DNA of 64,000 nucleotides from Chiloscyllium plagiosum (taxonomy: Eukaryota). This document shows, in pieces, positions 35,638 through 49,190 of this stretch. The DNA is taken from contig NC_057751.1 in assembly GCF_004010195.1 (NCBI RefSeq), positions 13,855,428-13,919,427 of the forward strand, read 5' to 3'. Both the position numbers and the translations under genes were made by a program. Under the pieces are notes generated by a model. The model worked only from the letters and a program-made list of their open reading frames with translations, was not told where the DNA came from and searched no databases. Within the stretch, counting starts at the first letter, position 1, and the number at the start of each line of letters is the position of its first letter.

Positions 35638-35955
35638 GAGATTAGAGTCCCTACAGAATGGAAACAGGCCCTTCAGCCCAGCAAGTCCACACCAACCTTC
35701 TCTGAAGAGTAGCCCACCCAGATCCAATTCCCTGCCCTATATTTACCCCTGACTAATGCACCTATCACTCTGGGCAATTTAGCATGGCTAATTCACCTGA
35801 CCTGCACATCTTTGGATTGTGGGAGGAAATCGGAGCACCCGGAGGAAACCCACGCAGACACGGGGAGAATGTGCAAACTCCACACAGACAGTTATCTGAG
35901 GCTGGAATTGAACCTGGGTCCCTGGCACTGTGCTAACCACGGAGCCACTGTGCTG
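35638..35955 (-). mobile_element. HE1-type V-SINE
   Basis: V core and HER1-like tail. Confidence 0.88.
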
Positions 35956-36034
35956 CTCATAAATCTGAACAACACTTGATAATTCTAGATGTTTTGTATT
36001 CTGTTTCGACATGTTATTACACGTGGTCGGGGCA

Positions 36035-36420
36035 AGTGAGGGGTGACCTTATAGAGGTTTACAAAATAATGAAGAGCATGGGTAGGATAAATAGGCAAAG
36101 TCTTTTCCCCTGGGGTGGGGGAGTCCAGAACTAGAGGGCATAGGGTTAGGGTGAGAGGGGAAAGATATAAAAGAGACCTAAGGGGCAACTTTTTCACACA
36201 GAGCATGGTACGTGCATGGAATGAGCTGCCAGAGGATGTGGTGGAGGCTGGTACAATTGCAACATTTAAAAGGCATTTGGATGGGTAGATGAATAGGAAG
36301 GTTTTGAAGGGATGTGGGCCGGGTGCTGGCAGGTGGGATTAGATTGGGTTGGGATATCTGGTCGGCATGGACGGGTTGGACCGAAGGGTCTGTTTCTGTG
36401 CTGTACATCTCTATGGCTCT
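36035..36420 (+). mobile_element. HER1/CR1 3' fragment
   Basis: RGDLIEVYKIM, WNELPE and the 3' tail GGGTCTGTTTCTGTGCTGTACATCTCTATG. Confidence 0.88.
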
Positions 36421-37689
36421 AAGTGGGACTTCTGGGCCAGATTGGAAAATGACCATTACAGCATCGGAACTCCATTTGATGATTATATGCTGGATGTTGT
36501 GGACTTGCTAAAGTAACTGGTACAAAACTAACTGAATTTAGTCCTGATGGTCCCAGTACCAGCTGTGAGGTTCCCTTTCTAATCCTTACGGTTACTTGAC
36601 TGCGAATGTTATGGTGCAATATTAATTTAAGGAGGACCTAATAAGAAATATTTTATATATTTGATGAACTTCATTATCAGCAGCAGAAGGAACATACAAA
36701 GATGTAGTGCCTTTAACGTTTGACAGATGTCAGAACAAATGACACAGGTGGGTTATAAGAAAAACCTGAAGGAAGGAAAAAAAGGGATGGCGTATTTAAA
36801 GAGCAATTCCAGAGATAAAAGGTCGATGGCTGAATCCGTGGCAGCCAGTTCTCCTGCAAAAGGTAAGGGAACGTCCATGGAGCTGGGGCCAAATGAATGG
36901 GGATTTTGGGAGGTGGTGTAGAGTTTAGAGAGACAGATAAGATTGAGCCAAAGTCAGCATTTATGCTCAAGGAGAACATTTTAAAGGTTAGGTTTTGAGA
37001 GACAGTGAGGACAGCAGCAATCATTATGAGAGACTTGACATGAGCATGGTTTTGAATGAACAGAAATTTGAAATGAATGAAAAATGTCAGAGAAGCAATT
37101 CAGGTCAAAATGTCCATGATTTAGATCAGTGCAGGATTGAGAAGTGATGAGCGTGTAGCAGATCCCAATTATTTGAAAACAATGTTCATTCAACTCTTCC
37201 CTTCCAAATCATGCATACCCTAGAGGCTAGATTCCAATAAACACATGTCAACTCCCTGCTCTATGTCAGCCACAAAGCATGGATTTTTTTGGTAAGATAC
37301 CACTTGAAGAATAATGGAGGGCCAATCTTTCCTCTAATGAAGCCCTCAACATTGTTATGAAGACTAATGCCCATCTGGATTCTACATGTGACAATTTAGA
37401 CTTGAGGGAATTTATCAGTCACTAAAAACTCCTAATCATGTCCAATAGCTGCTAAAAACATTTCATGGGTCCATCCAGCCCCCACTAACCTCTTGTTTAA
37501 GTTCTTTCCTACTGTCTTCGTGGGCTTTATCTTCAGTTTCCTAAATCTTACATATGCTTCCTTTTTCTTTTTGATTAAACTCACAATTTCTCTTCATCGT
37601 CCAAGGTTCCTGAATTTTGCCATCCGATCCTGCATTTTTGCTGGAATATGCTGGGACCCCTGTTATTTGCAATGTCTGTCACTGACATT

Positions 37690-38340
37690 GAGGAGCATGT
37701 AGGTAGTCTGATTAGGAAGTTTGTCGATGGTACAAAGTTAGGCAGAGCTGCATATAGCACAGAAGATTGCTAGAGGATTTAGTAGGGAGATAGGAGGCTA
37801 GATACTCGGGTGGAGAAATGGCAGATGGAGTTTAATCCTGAAAAATGTGAGGTGATGCATTTTGGAAAGTCTAATACAGGAGGGAAATACACACTCAATG
37901 GCAGAGCCCTCGGGAGCATCACCATAGAGAAGGATATGGGCATCCCGGTCCACTGTTCCCTGAAAGTGTGACATAAGTGGATAAGGTGGTTAAGAAGGCA
38001 TATAGCATGCTTACCTTCATCAGGCGGGACATAGACTATAAAAATTGGCAAGTCATGTTGTAGCTGTAGACTAATTTAGTTCTGCAACATGAGGAATATT
38101 GTGCCATCACACTACGAGAATGATGTGGAGGCTTTAGAGAGGTTACAGAAACAGTTTACCAGGACGTTGCCGGGTTTGGAGGATATTAGCTATGAGGAGA
38201 GGTTGGACAAACTCAGTTTGTTTTCACTTGAATGTTAGAGGCTGAGGGGCGACCTGATAGAAGTTGACAAAATCATGAGAGAGACAGATAGAGTGGATAG
38301 TCGAAGTTTTTTTCCCATGGTAAAAATGTCAGTTACTGGA
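37690..38340 (+). mobile_element. CR1/HER1 RT 3' fragment
   Basis: EKWQMEFNPEKCEVMHFGKSN and YEERLDKLSLFSLEC*RLRGDLIEV. Confidence 0.88.
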
Positions 38341-38656
38341 CGATTGAAGTGAGCGACAGGAGGACAGACGTCTGACGCTTGACTGGATCTGACAAAACAG
38401 CTCAGTACCACAGTGTGGGGTCATCTCAGGACAGGCACACACTAAACAGATTGGTGGGTTGTTGGTCAGTCAGGGAAATTGAATGGGCCGAATGGCTTTC
38501 TCCTGGCCTTGTGGAACTTGGGTCAATTTTCAACTTTGTGAAAGGACTCTGGCAGGATGGACAGATGCTGACTGGAGGCTGCCCTCCTTGGAACAGCAGT
38601 GTGTGTGTGTGCACTCTGTCTTAGCTCATGTACACACTGCACGTTGGTGTTTGTGG

Positions 38657-38865
38657 TCAGGTAGGGTCAAAATGAGGAAACTGGTGAAGTCCACATTGAT
38701 GCCCTGGGGTTGAAGTGTTCCGAGGTGGAAGATGAGGCGTTCTTCCTCCAGGCTTTGGGAGGTGAGGGAGCAGCGGTGAAGGAGGCCCATGACCTGCATG
38801 TCCTTGGCAGAGTGGGAGGGAGAGTTGAAATGTTGGGCCACAGGGCAGTCGGGTTGATTGGCCTG
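38657..38865 (-). mobile_element. PLE family A GIY-YIG C-terminal fragment
   Basis: VAQHFNSPSHSAKDMQVMGLL...LEEERLIFHLGTLQPQGINVDFTSF. Confidence 0.85.
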
Positions 38866-40019
38866 TATCTATGCTGTAATGTTCTTTTTTCTTAGTTGTG
38901 TCTTTGTCATGAGAAATGTAGTGCTGGGTTTGCTCTTGGAAACACACTAATTACAGATACATCTGTGGACTTCTTGCTGGAGTAGCTGCTACCTGGAGTG
39001 GCAAGGAAGCACATTAAGACATGAAGATTTCATGGTATGGCAACAATCATTGCACTGAGAAGAGGCGGCTTGATCCCAACGTTGTGTCCAAATAATTGTA
39101 CAGAAATTGCAGAACTCGGGGGTGATCACAGCTCTAAGGAAGGGCGAGTGATGAAGAAAGATCTCAACAGGCAAGTCTGTGTCCAGGCATGATCCACAGA
39201 TGGTGACAGGTTCCTCACTCAATTGTGCAGCAGATCTGTAACCCTCAAAAACTATCAAAATCAGCAGACACCAAAAACAAGGAAGAAAATTGTTGGTCAT
39301 TTACTATAACAATGAAGCTTTCTTCAGCAAAGGCAGTTCCTATTTGGAGAAAAGGTAGCCTCAGGCAAGTGAAAATGCAGAATGCTTTTTTATTTTTCAC
39401 TTTGAAAGTGACCAACTGTTTCATCCTCACTGATTTCAAAGCCTTCCACCAATGTTGTTAAGGAAGACTTGAACTCTGATCATCGTCTGAAGGTGATAAT
39501 TCAGCAAAAGGCTTACAGTGTCCTACTGTCATGTTGAAAAGAGGCCCCAAGGCCAGCAGAATGGCCTCAACTTCTTTTGGCTGGTACTACCCATCTAGAA
39601 AACCCATCACATTACTTTCCAGCCCAAACTAGTCACACGCGTGGCCACTGCAAAGAGGAGGGTCATTAGTGGACCACCACACAGAACGTTAGCATGCAAA
39701 AAGAAGACTGCCACCAGCTAATCAAAACTTATGAACAAAGAAAAGTTCAAATGTAGTGTACTCAGCTCCACAGTAGTAAATGTTCGATAAAGGGAATAGA
39801 GGTTCTTTCAGATGACAGATGACAGTTGTGATTTCAATTTGAAGACTGTTCAAAATATTCACTGCCTCTCTGCTGTTCAACGTCACTATCCGTTGTTCTT
39901 CAGTACACCTTGCAGGCTGCAGAAGGATGATATCCACAACACAGTCGCTTTACATAAATACAAAATTCAACTGGGATCACGCAGTACAGTGGTAGTTTTA
40001 GCGATATTATGATTTAAGA

Positions 40020-40740
40020 GTAGGGGTAGGCCATTTGAACCCCGATCCTGCTCTGTGCTTTAAAAAGGTAACGATTGACCTGGAGTCAACAAACCTGTCT
40101 AGCCCTGCCAAGCTTTCACTCTCTTACTTTCAAAAAATCCATCCCCCTCTGTCTTAAAATAATCAAAGACTCTGCTTCCATTTCTGAGGAAAACGTAGGA
40201 CCCTATGTGAGAACAAAAGGCCTCATCTCTGTTTCAGACGGACAACGCTTTTTTTTGGAAATGATGTCTCCCAGCTCTGGATTCTCCCACCCACCCTGCC
40301 AACCTCCCTGAGGATCTGATCTGTTTCAATTTTCCGAGGGTAAAAATGTCAATGACTGGTGGTTGAAGGTAAAAGAGGGAAAATTTAAAGGAGATGTGAG
40401 AGATAAGTTTTTTTTACAGAGGAGCTGGTAAGTGCCTGGAATGTGCAAAGCTCAAGCAGATACAAGCCCAGTCTGTCCAATCTTTTCAGACAAGACAGCC
40501 CTTTCATTCTAGTATTAATCTAATAAACCTTCCTTGAATTACTTTCAACACATTAACATATTTTTTAACTAAGGTGACCAATACTATATACAATACTCCA
40601 GATATAGTCTCACCAGGGTGCTGTATAGCTGAAGTATAACTTCTCTACATTGTATTCAATTCAACTTACAGTTAAAATTATATCCCACTAACTTTCCTAA
40701 TGACGTGCATCCAAGCATTTTGTGATTCATGTGTGAGGAT
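40020..40740 (-). mobile_element. Decayed CR1-type LINE 3' region containing a short plus-strand HER1 piece (~40331-40447)
   Basis: The minus strand reads LYSTLVRLYLEYCI..W. The plus-strand insert reads GKFKGDVR. Confidence 0.6.
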
Positions 40741-41841
40741 ATTTGTAGCATGTTTTAAATTGGCTCTTCTTGAGTGTGGATGCATGAATATATATAAGGT
40801 AAAGCCTCCATCCAAAATGAGACACCCAATAACTGCAGCATAGTCAGCACAACAGCATTGAGAATTCCTCAGAGTCTTCAAGTTGAAATGACTGTGAATG
40901 TGATCTGGCAAATTACGCAATAAAATCAGTCTGAAAATTAAACCTTCCATAGCCCAAATGACTTTTCCTTCAGATTCCCCCAAGCACAGCCTGTGTTAAA
41001 ATAAGGAGCTATATGCAGAACATGGCAGCAGCAGCCTTATATATATACCTAGTTCTTGTTAAATTATTTGTATTAGGTTGCCATTTTGCAATACTAACAA
41101 CGAGAGTCATTGGACAATAACAAGAAATTTCTTTGTACAAATTTCTTGTTTTTGAAACCAGCAGGAGTTTCAAGCTCAGCAAATTTCTGGAGTGCCTTTC
41201 AATTAAAATGCCCTATACTATCATTATTTCGCAGCAATCATTTATACATTTCGCAAAATCAAACCATTTTGGCACAGCAGTAATCATTATAATTAGTGAA
41301 AGGCAGGACCTGTGAAACACTTCCTTTGACACTGATACAGGACGAGATCAGACTCAAATTCACAGCTAATATCACAGTTGAATTGCCAACTTACTGTCTT
41401 CTTTATTGCTGCTGACCTCCTTACAGGGAAATATATTCACGTACAGAGCTTCGAACTGGCCTGGTCTTGTGCTGGCTACTATTTGTTAGACAGTTGCCAG
41501 CTCTTGCATCTCTCGTGGGATGAGAGGTGTGCAGAGTGCGTTTACTGAGCAGACAAGGCTCGAATTCTGAATCTCTTGCAAACTTACAGCAGATTTTCTT
41601 ATCCAGAATCCCCAACAATTATCGTACAACAAAACAATGCCAACTTTTAAGAGAGATGGTCACTGTTTCATCTGTAGCCATTAAGTAGTTTCTCTTCGCA
41701 GCCTAAAGATAAAGTAACTTTCTTTATCTGCTAATTTCAGGTCAAGTTTCATCTTAGGACTGGGTCACTAAGCTGGCATGTGGCTGAAAATTATGTCATT
41801 GAAATGCATATATTATACCCAGAATAAGTATGCAACAATAT

Positions 41842-42500
41842 TGTGATGATGCTGCTCCTTTAACAAGGTTTTGCTGTCCTTGGCTTATTTTTAACAGAGA
41901 GGTCATAAAAGTCGTGACTCCGAAAGGTCAAGCTTTGAAGGGTTTTAGGGCTAATTTGATTAAAGCTGACAGACACTGCTTCAGGAAAAAGGCTTTCAAG
42001 TTTTTAAAAAAACACTTGCACAATGAAAGGGGAGTGGCCAGTTCTCCCAGTTCAGCTTTCTCTAGTTTGGTTTGGTTCAGTTCGAGCAAGCAGTCAGTCA
42101 GTTGTAAAAGCAGCTGAACCCAAAGAAGCAGGTCCATGCTGATCCTCTCTCTCTCTCTCTCTCTCTCTGACATCTTTCCTGTAAGAACCTATATTGCATT
42201 GTTCCACTTTTGCCAAAAGGTGTTTATGGGGATTGTTGCAACTGTTTGGATCAGCATCATTAAGTTGGGATGATCTGTTGGGTTTTCAGATAGCTTAAGT
42301 TATTCAGCATTCTGTTCCCTCTTGTTTGTGTTCCATTTGGTAGTCTTGCAAATAAATTCTGGTTTGTTTAAAACTAAGTAGTTTGACCAGCTTCAACTCT
42401 CCTGGAATATCTGCTTTGTACCTGCTTAAAACAATGAGCAACGTTAGGATCTGGGCTACTTTCTTGAAATTATTGAGGGGGTCTGGCTTGGTCCGTAACA
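41842..42500 (+). mobile_element. Gypsy-type solo LTR
   Basis: Runs TGTGATG...CGTAACA and contains AATAAA. The 4-bp flanks are ATAT and ACAT. Confidence 0.85.
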
Positions 42501-42864
42501 ACATACATAAGCAAGTATTATCCAAGGACTGGATTAATGCCATTTACAAATTGACAATTGTAAAAAGGTGATGTGGCGACATTAATTGTTGGATCAGGCA
42601 GTTTGTACTTGAAGAGATTGGTTGACACCATGAGTAAAGCTCTGCCCATCAGGATGTAAAGGATTGTTCCTTGGAGGAGCTCACTGTTGACCACACTTGT
42701 TGTGTCCACCGGAATGGTTCAACAGCTGTCTTACGAGTATAGTCTGGCATTTCATAGGAAACCACCATGAAGCTCAGTTGTAATACGACCAAATGTTAGG
42801 TAATAAGGAATAACCTATTGTGTCAATCAAGACTGAGTGTAAGCATCTGTTGTCGACTTTTTTT

Positions 42865-43172
42865 TAGATTAGATTCACTACAATGTGGAAACAGGCCTTT
42901 CTGCCCAACCAGTCCACACCGACCCTCCGAAGAGTAACCCACCCAGACCCATTTCCCTCTGACTAATGCACCTGGCACTGTGGGCAATCTAGCATGGCCA
43001 ATTCACCTGACGTGCACATCTTTAGATTGTGGGAGGAAACCGGAGCACCCGGAGGAAACCCACGCAGACACGGGGAGAATGGGCAAACTCCACAGACAGT
43101 CTCCTGAGGCTGGAATCAAACCCGGAACCCTGGTGCTGTGAGTTAGCAGTGCTAACCCCCGAGCCACCTTGT
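42865..43172 (-). mobile_element. HE1-type V-SINE
   Basis: V core, tRNA-like head and AATCTAATCT tail. Confidence 0.88.
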
Positions 43173-44034
43173 CAACCGTGTGTTGACATCCTTCACTATT
43201 TGGTATCAGTCACTTCGACTAAACCCAAGAAGAAGGATTAGAGGCAGTGAATCTCCCCATGCCACCTTAGATGGTTCCACTGGATAACCATGACATTTAT
43301 AAGACTCGTCAACGGCTAGCCCATTCTCCCAAGCAACATCAACTAGTCGCACAGATTAATTTGAGAACTTGCTGTGTCGGAAATTGTGGGCTTGAATTAT
43401 TCATTGTGCTTGCTGTATTGTTTGTTCCTCTGCTATTGAATGCTCACTGTGCTGCGTGTTTGACTGTGCAGAATGTCCATGACACTGCATGACTGATCCC
43501 AGAGAACGACAGAAGAGTATCTAATAACCTGTTCGTTGACTGTCACAACAGTCTGAAGTGCGCAACCAAAAATACTGCTCAGCAAAAACTGGAAAGGACT
43601 GTTCCTTTTTGGCAGCTCTTTTTTTGGCAAAAGTGTCAGTGCGTAATAAGTGGTAGAAAATAGGGCATGAAATTAAAGCAAACAGGCTCCCTTGTTTTGT
43701 GATAGCTGGAGATCAGCCTGATGTGCAACATTCAGTTCTGACCTCTGAGGTCTTTCATTAGCATTCCTGCACTGCTTCGCCAGATAGAGACTGAGAGAGA
43801 GAGTATTCCTTGGAGGCTTTCAGGAATCACAAGGAGAGCTGAATGTCAGCATGATCCAAGTGACCTTTTCTCCTTCTGAAATTGCCTGTATCTATAACAC
43901 ACAGCCAGTAATTAAATAGTCAGAGTTTCAGACATCCACTTCTTGATTGATTATTGTCTGCCTTGAACACAGGATCATTTTTGCTGGCCATTGTACAAGC
44001 TATTCCACTTCACCTCGTTCAGTTCGCTTTTCAG

Positions 44035-44071
44035 GTTCACTGATTCTGCAACATTCTTCAATGTAACAGAG
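44035..44071 (+). CDS. Candidate 37-nt coding exon of an unidentified host gene (FTDSATFFNVTE)
   Basis: Pyrimidine-rich acceptor ...TTCGCTTTTCAG and donor GAG/GTAAAT. Only one frame is open, and the surrounding sequence is non-repetitive. Confidence 0.25.
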
Positions 44072-44493
44072 GTAAATATATTGGGATTAAGGTTGGATTT
44101 GGCAAGTTGTTTTTTCATCGCAGTTTAGTAGTGGGAGGATTTCAGCACCAATCAGCCAGTTATCAAATCAGTGATCCAAGCGGTTTGCGATACGATTCAG
44201 CCCGATGGTCACCAGTTTTCTAAATGAAACCTGCCCTGTGTTTTCATCTTACATTTCATGTCAGAGCTGAGTGGGAGGTTCACTGCAGGGCTTGACCAGA
44301 TCTGACCAAATACTTCCATCGGATAGACATTCAGGAACCAGAAAGCTGCTGATTTAAGACATTTACATGGCTTTACGGCGGTAAGAGCTCAATATGCATG
44401 AGAGTCTCAGTTGGAAATGGGCCTGAAAGGGTTTATACTTGATTGTGTACAGTCAGTACTGCCCACTGTGAAGATATCAGGGGGATTTGAACA

Positions 44494-44580
44494 GAAGGGC
44501 TCATGCCCGAAACGTCGATTCTCCTGCTCCTTGGATGCTGCCTGACCTGCTGCGCTTTTCCAGCAACACATTTTCAGCTC
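44494..44580 (+). mobile_element. PLE family A terminal-repeat fragment starting inside the hammerhead
   Basis: GAAGGGCTCATGCCCGAAACGTCGATTCTCCTGCTCC... Confidence 0.82.
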
Positions 44581-46499
44581 GTTTCGGATTTGGACAGAGT
44601 AAAGAAAAGAGCTTAGAGGAGACAGATCTGATTATTCTTGGTTCTATTGGTATCAATAGTAATGTAGGTCACAGTCATGTAATCTGCAAATAGATCCAGA
44701 AACGCAGTGAACTTTCACCTTTTTTGACCAACAAGACCCTTTGAGGTAGACTATAAGCTCGAAATCCGAAACTTTACTTTGACTTTGGGTTTGAAGGAAC
44801 CAACAACCAATATGATGGAAACAGAGGACACTTGCCACAGTGTGGTCAGTAATGATGTCCAGCACTATTTCTAAATGGTGCCAATGAAGAGGAATTAGAA
44901 CTTCGACTTTCAAGAGGAAAACAGGGAAAATAATGTGAGTGACCTAGAAAAGTTCAAGTAAAATTGGTTCCTTCAAGACTTCAAGAAAAAAAATCTCCTG
45001 CTTCCAAAGAATAATCCCTCAAAACAGTTAAGAATACAGATGAAGCAAAAATGAACCTCCGCATAACATTCTAGATTGAGTAAGTAAGTTGAGTTCAATC
45101 ATGGGATGCAGGCCTTACTGGTTAAGTCAACAGTTTGTCTGGAGAAGATGGTGGTGAGCAGCGGGAGTTCCAGAAGTTTGGCCAAAAGACAGTGAAGGGA
45201 TAGTGATATGGCAGCAAGTCAGGATGATGTGTTGCTTGGCAGGGAACTTGCAGGTGGTGCTGTTACTATCCGAGGATGCCCTTCAAGGGGTGGGGGGGAG
45301 AGGTTATGTGTTACAGTGTGATGTCACAGTCGACTTGGTGAGTTACTGCAGTGCATCTTGTTGATGGTAAACACTACTGCTGAGTATCAGTGGTGGAGGC
45401 AGTGAATGTGTTGAAGATGGCAGATGGAGTGCCAATCAAACAGGCCTCCTTGTCCTGGATGGTATAACACTTTATGAGTGTTGTTGGAATGCACTGATCT
45501 AGGCAAGTGCGGAGTATTCCATCGTACTCCTGACTTGTACCTTGTAGATGGTGGACAGGCTTTGGGGAGTCAGCAGGTGAATAATTTAGTCCAGAATTCC
45601 CAGTCTCTAAATTTCTGTCTTTGAAGCCACAGTATTTAAATGCCTGATACAGTTCAGTTTCTGGGGAATGGTAACTCCAGGATATTGGGAATGGGGGAAT
45701 TCAGCAATGATCATGCCTTGAACATTTCAAGACAATGGCTAGCTTCTCCCTCCTTGGAGGCGATCATGAGTATGATTATTGTCTGTAGCTTGTTAGCCCC
45801 AGCCTGGATATTGTTAAGGTATTGTTGAAAATGAACCCCAGAGGACGTCTTCACTACCTGAGGAGTTGTGAATGGTATTGAACATTGTTCAGTCATCACG
45901 GAACATCCCCACTTAAGACTTTATCATCCATGGAAAGTAGCAGCTGAGGATAGTCTTAGACAGATTCAGTGGCCCACAGGGGGAGGAGAATACCCAAAAT
46001 ATTTAAGAAGTTGAAGTAATGCATTTGTCTACTCCAATATAAAGGTCGATGCAGATTGAGAAAAAAAAATTCCATTCAAACAAATTGGAGATTGTTGCAT
46101 ACAACCCCATCAAAGGCTTTGTTGAGCAGAGGTGAACAATGTGTGGAGAGCCTGAAAAGAAAACAAATCATCTGCTCTGGCAGGAACCAAACTGACAGCT
46201 ATAAAGAATAATGTCACAAAACTCCTCTATGAAAGATACACAAGAGTTTAAAGATCTTGCCATTTTAGAGCGAATACAGACCATCAGGAAGACAATCCAA
46301 GTACCTATCAAACTTCTATTCTTCCAAGCCCTAAGAGATTACATTTGGAGATTATTGAAATCTCCAGATTGTCTGAATTTGTGAAGCCAGAGATTGGGGA
46401 GCAGGAGCGTTGGGAGTGATGGGAGATGAGGTTGTGGTCAATAGGAAATATATAAATTTTATGCAACTAATTATGAGGCAAAATGAAGACCAGGTTGGA

Positions 46500-46930
46500 G
46501 GAATAGATTTAAGCTACAGTGAGAGGCTGAATAGGTTGGGGCTGTTTTCCCTGGCGCATTGGAGGCTGAGGGGTGACCGGATAGAGGTTTATAAAATCAT
46601 GAGGTGCATGGATCAGGTAAATAGACAAGGTCTTTTCCCTGGGATGGAGGAGTCCAGAACTGGAGGGCATAAATTTAGAGTAAAGATTTAAAAGGGACCA
46701 AAAAGGTAAATTTTTCACGCAGAAGGTGGTGCGTGTTTAGAATGAGCTGCCAGAGGAAGTGGTGGAGGCTGGCACAATTACAGTATTTAAAAGGCATCTG
46801 GATAGGTATACAAATAGAAAGGGTTGAGAGGGATATGGACCAAGTGCTGGCAGATGGAACTAAATTGGTTTCGGATGTCTGGTCGGCATGGACGAGTTGG
46901 ACTAAAGGGTCTGTTTCCATGCTCTATGAC
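46500..46930 (+). mobile_element. HER1/CR1 3' fragment
   Basis: LSYSERLNRLGLFSLAHWRLRGDRIEVYKIMR, followed by a tail. Confidence 0.88.
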
Positions 46931-48359
46931 TTTAAATTGTGTCTGGGTCTGAAAGGGTCTGAAAGGGTTTGCAAGGGTTAAAATTTGTTTGAGTGCAGTA
47001 AGAACCACGACTTTGATGATGTAACAGGAACCTGGGGGATAGTAAAGAAGGAGCCTATAGGACATGGAGGTGGGACTCGACTGCTCAATACAGTCTCTGT
47101 AGTAATGCAGGAAATATTCATGGAACCTGGAAATAGTTGCAGTAATGCAGTAAATCTCATATTTTTTACTGAACAAGGCTCTTCTGGTTAGAACAGGAAG
47201 ATTGATGTCTTAACCTGCACGAAGACATTTTGGACTTTAAGACACACAATAGCCACAACCTTACCTAATGACCAGACTTCCTCATGAGAATGGAATGATG
47301 GTCAGGAAGATTTATTTTAGTAATGAAATGACTTCCTGGCTTCATCCCTAAGAGTATAGTTGTCCTAAAAAGAAATAAAGGAACAAAGGAAAAGGAATAT
47401 TACTCAGTCACTTTGTTAGCAATAAAATAAAAGCCTGACATGCTCATCACCTCATGCCACAGAGTTGAAAATGCGATATTATGGCACAATCCATCATTTC
47501 AGCCCAATTGCAAAGTTTTCCCTTGAAATATGCTGCCATCTCACATATTTTTCAGTGGCCTGTAAATTCACCAACCTGCATTTGTCATTTCCCTCTACAA
47601 GGGGAGTCCATGGTTACCCTGGGGACCCAAAATGCCTGAGGTCTTCGAAGGGTCACCATTTGCTTCAAATTAAGAAGAATTGCCCATTACTAATCTGTCC
47701 AGACTTGTACTAATTTAACCAGAGAAAAGTATCAAATGCCTTGTTTTTTTCTGTTTGTGTTTCTACGTCCACAACGTTTATTTTATTTCTGTCCTTTTTT
47801 TAAACTTTTGTTCCTTTCCCTGATGTTCATTCCCAAATGGGGAAAAATTAAGAGATCCGTCCTATCCCTAAGTCTGTGGCAGTAGAACTCTATGACTAGT
47901 GTCAGTGAGTAGATGAGAGTCATTGAAGAATTCACCCACTTTATCCTTTTGACAGGGACTATTTGAACCCTTCATAGATCCCTGGAAAATAATTCCAACT
48001 TTTGCATACACTTAAACCATGCTGCTTGAGATTGCATTTTCGAATATTTGCAAACGTCACCACAGCTCTGTTCCAGGAGTATCCTGCTTGCATTGGTTCT
48101 CTTGATAGCCCCTGTGATAAATAAATAACCCGAAGGATGAGTGGATGGCCTGAGAATGGGTAACAAAAAATTCCCAGATGCCCAGCTTCAAACAGTGAAG
48201 CAAGTGGGAGAAGGAGAAATAGACCACCAGGGAAGTGGCTTCAGGTGATAGGCGAGTGATGTTGGTCCCCATTCACAACAACGACTTGGATCCCTGCAGA
48301 ATTTTATATATCATTTTGAAGTCTTTTGAAGCAAAATTTTCAGCGAAGTCTTCTGAAGC

Positions 48360-49190
48360 AAAATTGATTTCGACAGTTTAGGAGAGTGGTCCAGGAAGTG
48401 GCTGATGAAATTCAATGAGAGCAAATGCACGATCTTGCACTTTGGAAAAAAGAATACAGGCATGGACTATTTTCTAAATGGCAAGAAAATTCATAAAGCT
48501 GAAGTACAAAGGGATCTGGGAGTGCTAGTCCAGGCTTCTCTAAGGGTCGACTTGCAGGTTGAGTCTGTGGTTAAGAAAGTGTATGTAATGTCATTTATCT
48601 CAAGAGGTCTGGAATTTCAAAGCAGCGATATGTTTCTGAGACTTCATAAAGTTCTAGTTAGGCTCCACTTAGAATACTGTGTCCAATTTTGGGCCCCACA
48701 CCTCAGGAGGGACATGCTAGCACTGGAACGTGTCCAGCGGAGATTCACACAGATGATCCCTGGAATGGTCGGCCTAACGTACAATGAATGGCTAAGGATC
48801 CTGGGATTGTATTCATTAGAGTTAGAAGGTTGAGGGGATATCTACTAGAAGCTTACAAGATAATGCATGGATTAGAAAGGATGGACGCTGGGAAGTTGTT
48901 TCCGTCAGGCGAGGAGACTAGGACCCGTGGGCACAACCTGAGAATTAGAGTGGGTCAATTTAGAACAGAAATGGTGGGCCTGTGGAATTCATTGCCACGG
49001 AATGCAGTGGAGGCCAGGACGTTAAATGCCTTCAAGGAAGAGATTGATAAATTCTTGATCTTGCAAGGAATGAAGGACTACGGGGAGAGTGTGGGTAAGT
49101 GGAGTTGAAATGCCCATCAGCCATGGTTAAATGGCGGAGTTGGCTCGATGGGCTGAATGGCCTTACTTCCACTCCTATGTCTTATGGTCT
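48360..49190 (+). mobile_element. CR1 LINE 3' fragment
   Basis: KWLMKFNESKCTILHFG, RDLGVLV, LVRLHLEYCVQFWAPH, LERVQRRFT and WNSLP, with a TCTTATGGTCTT tail. Confidence 0.92.
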
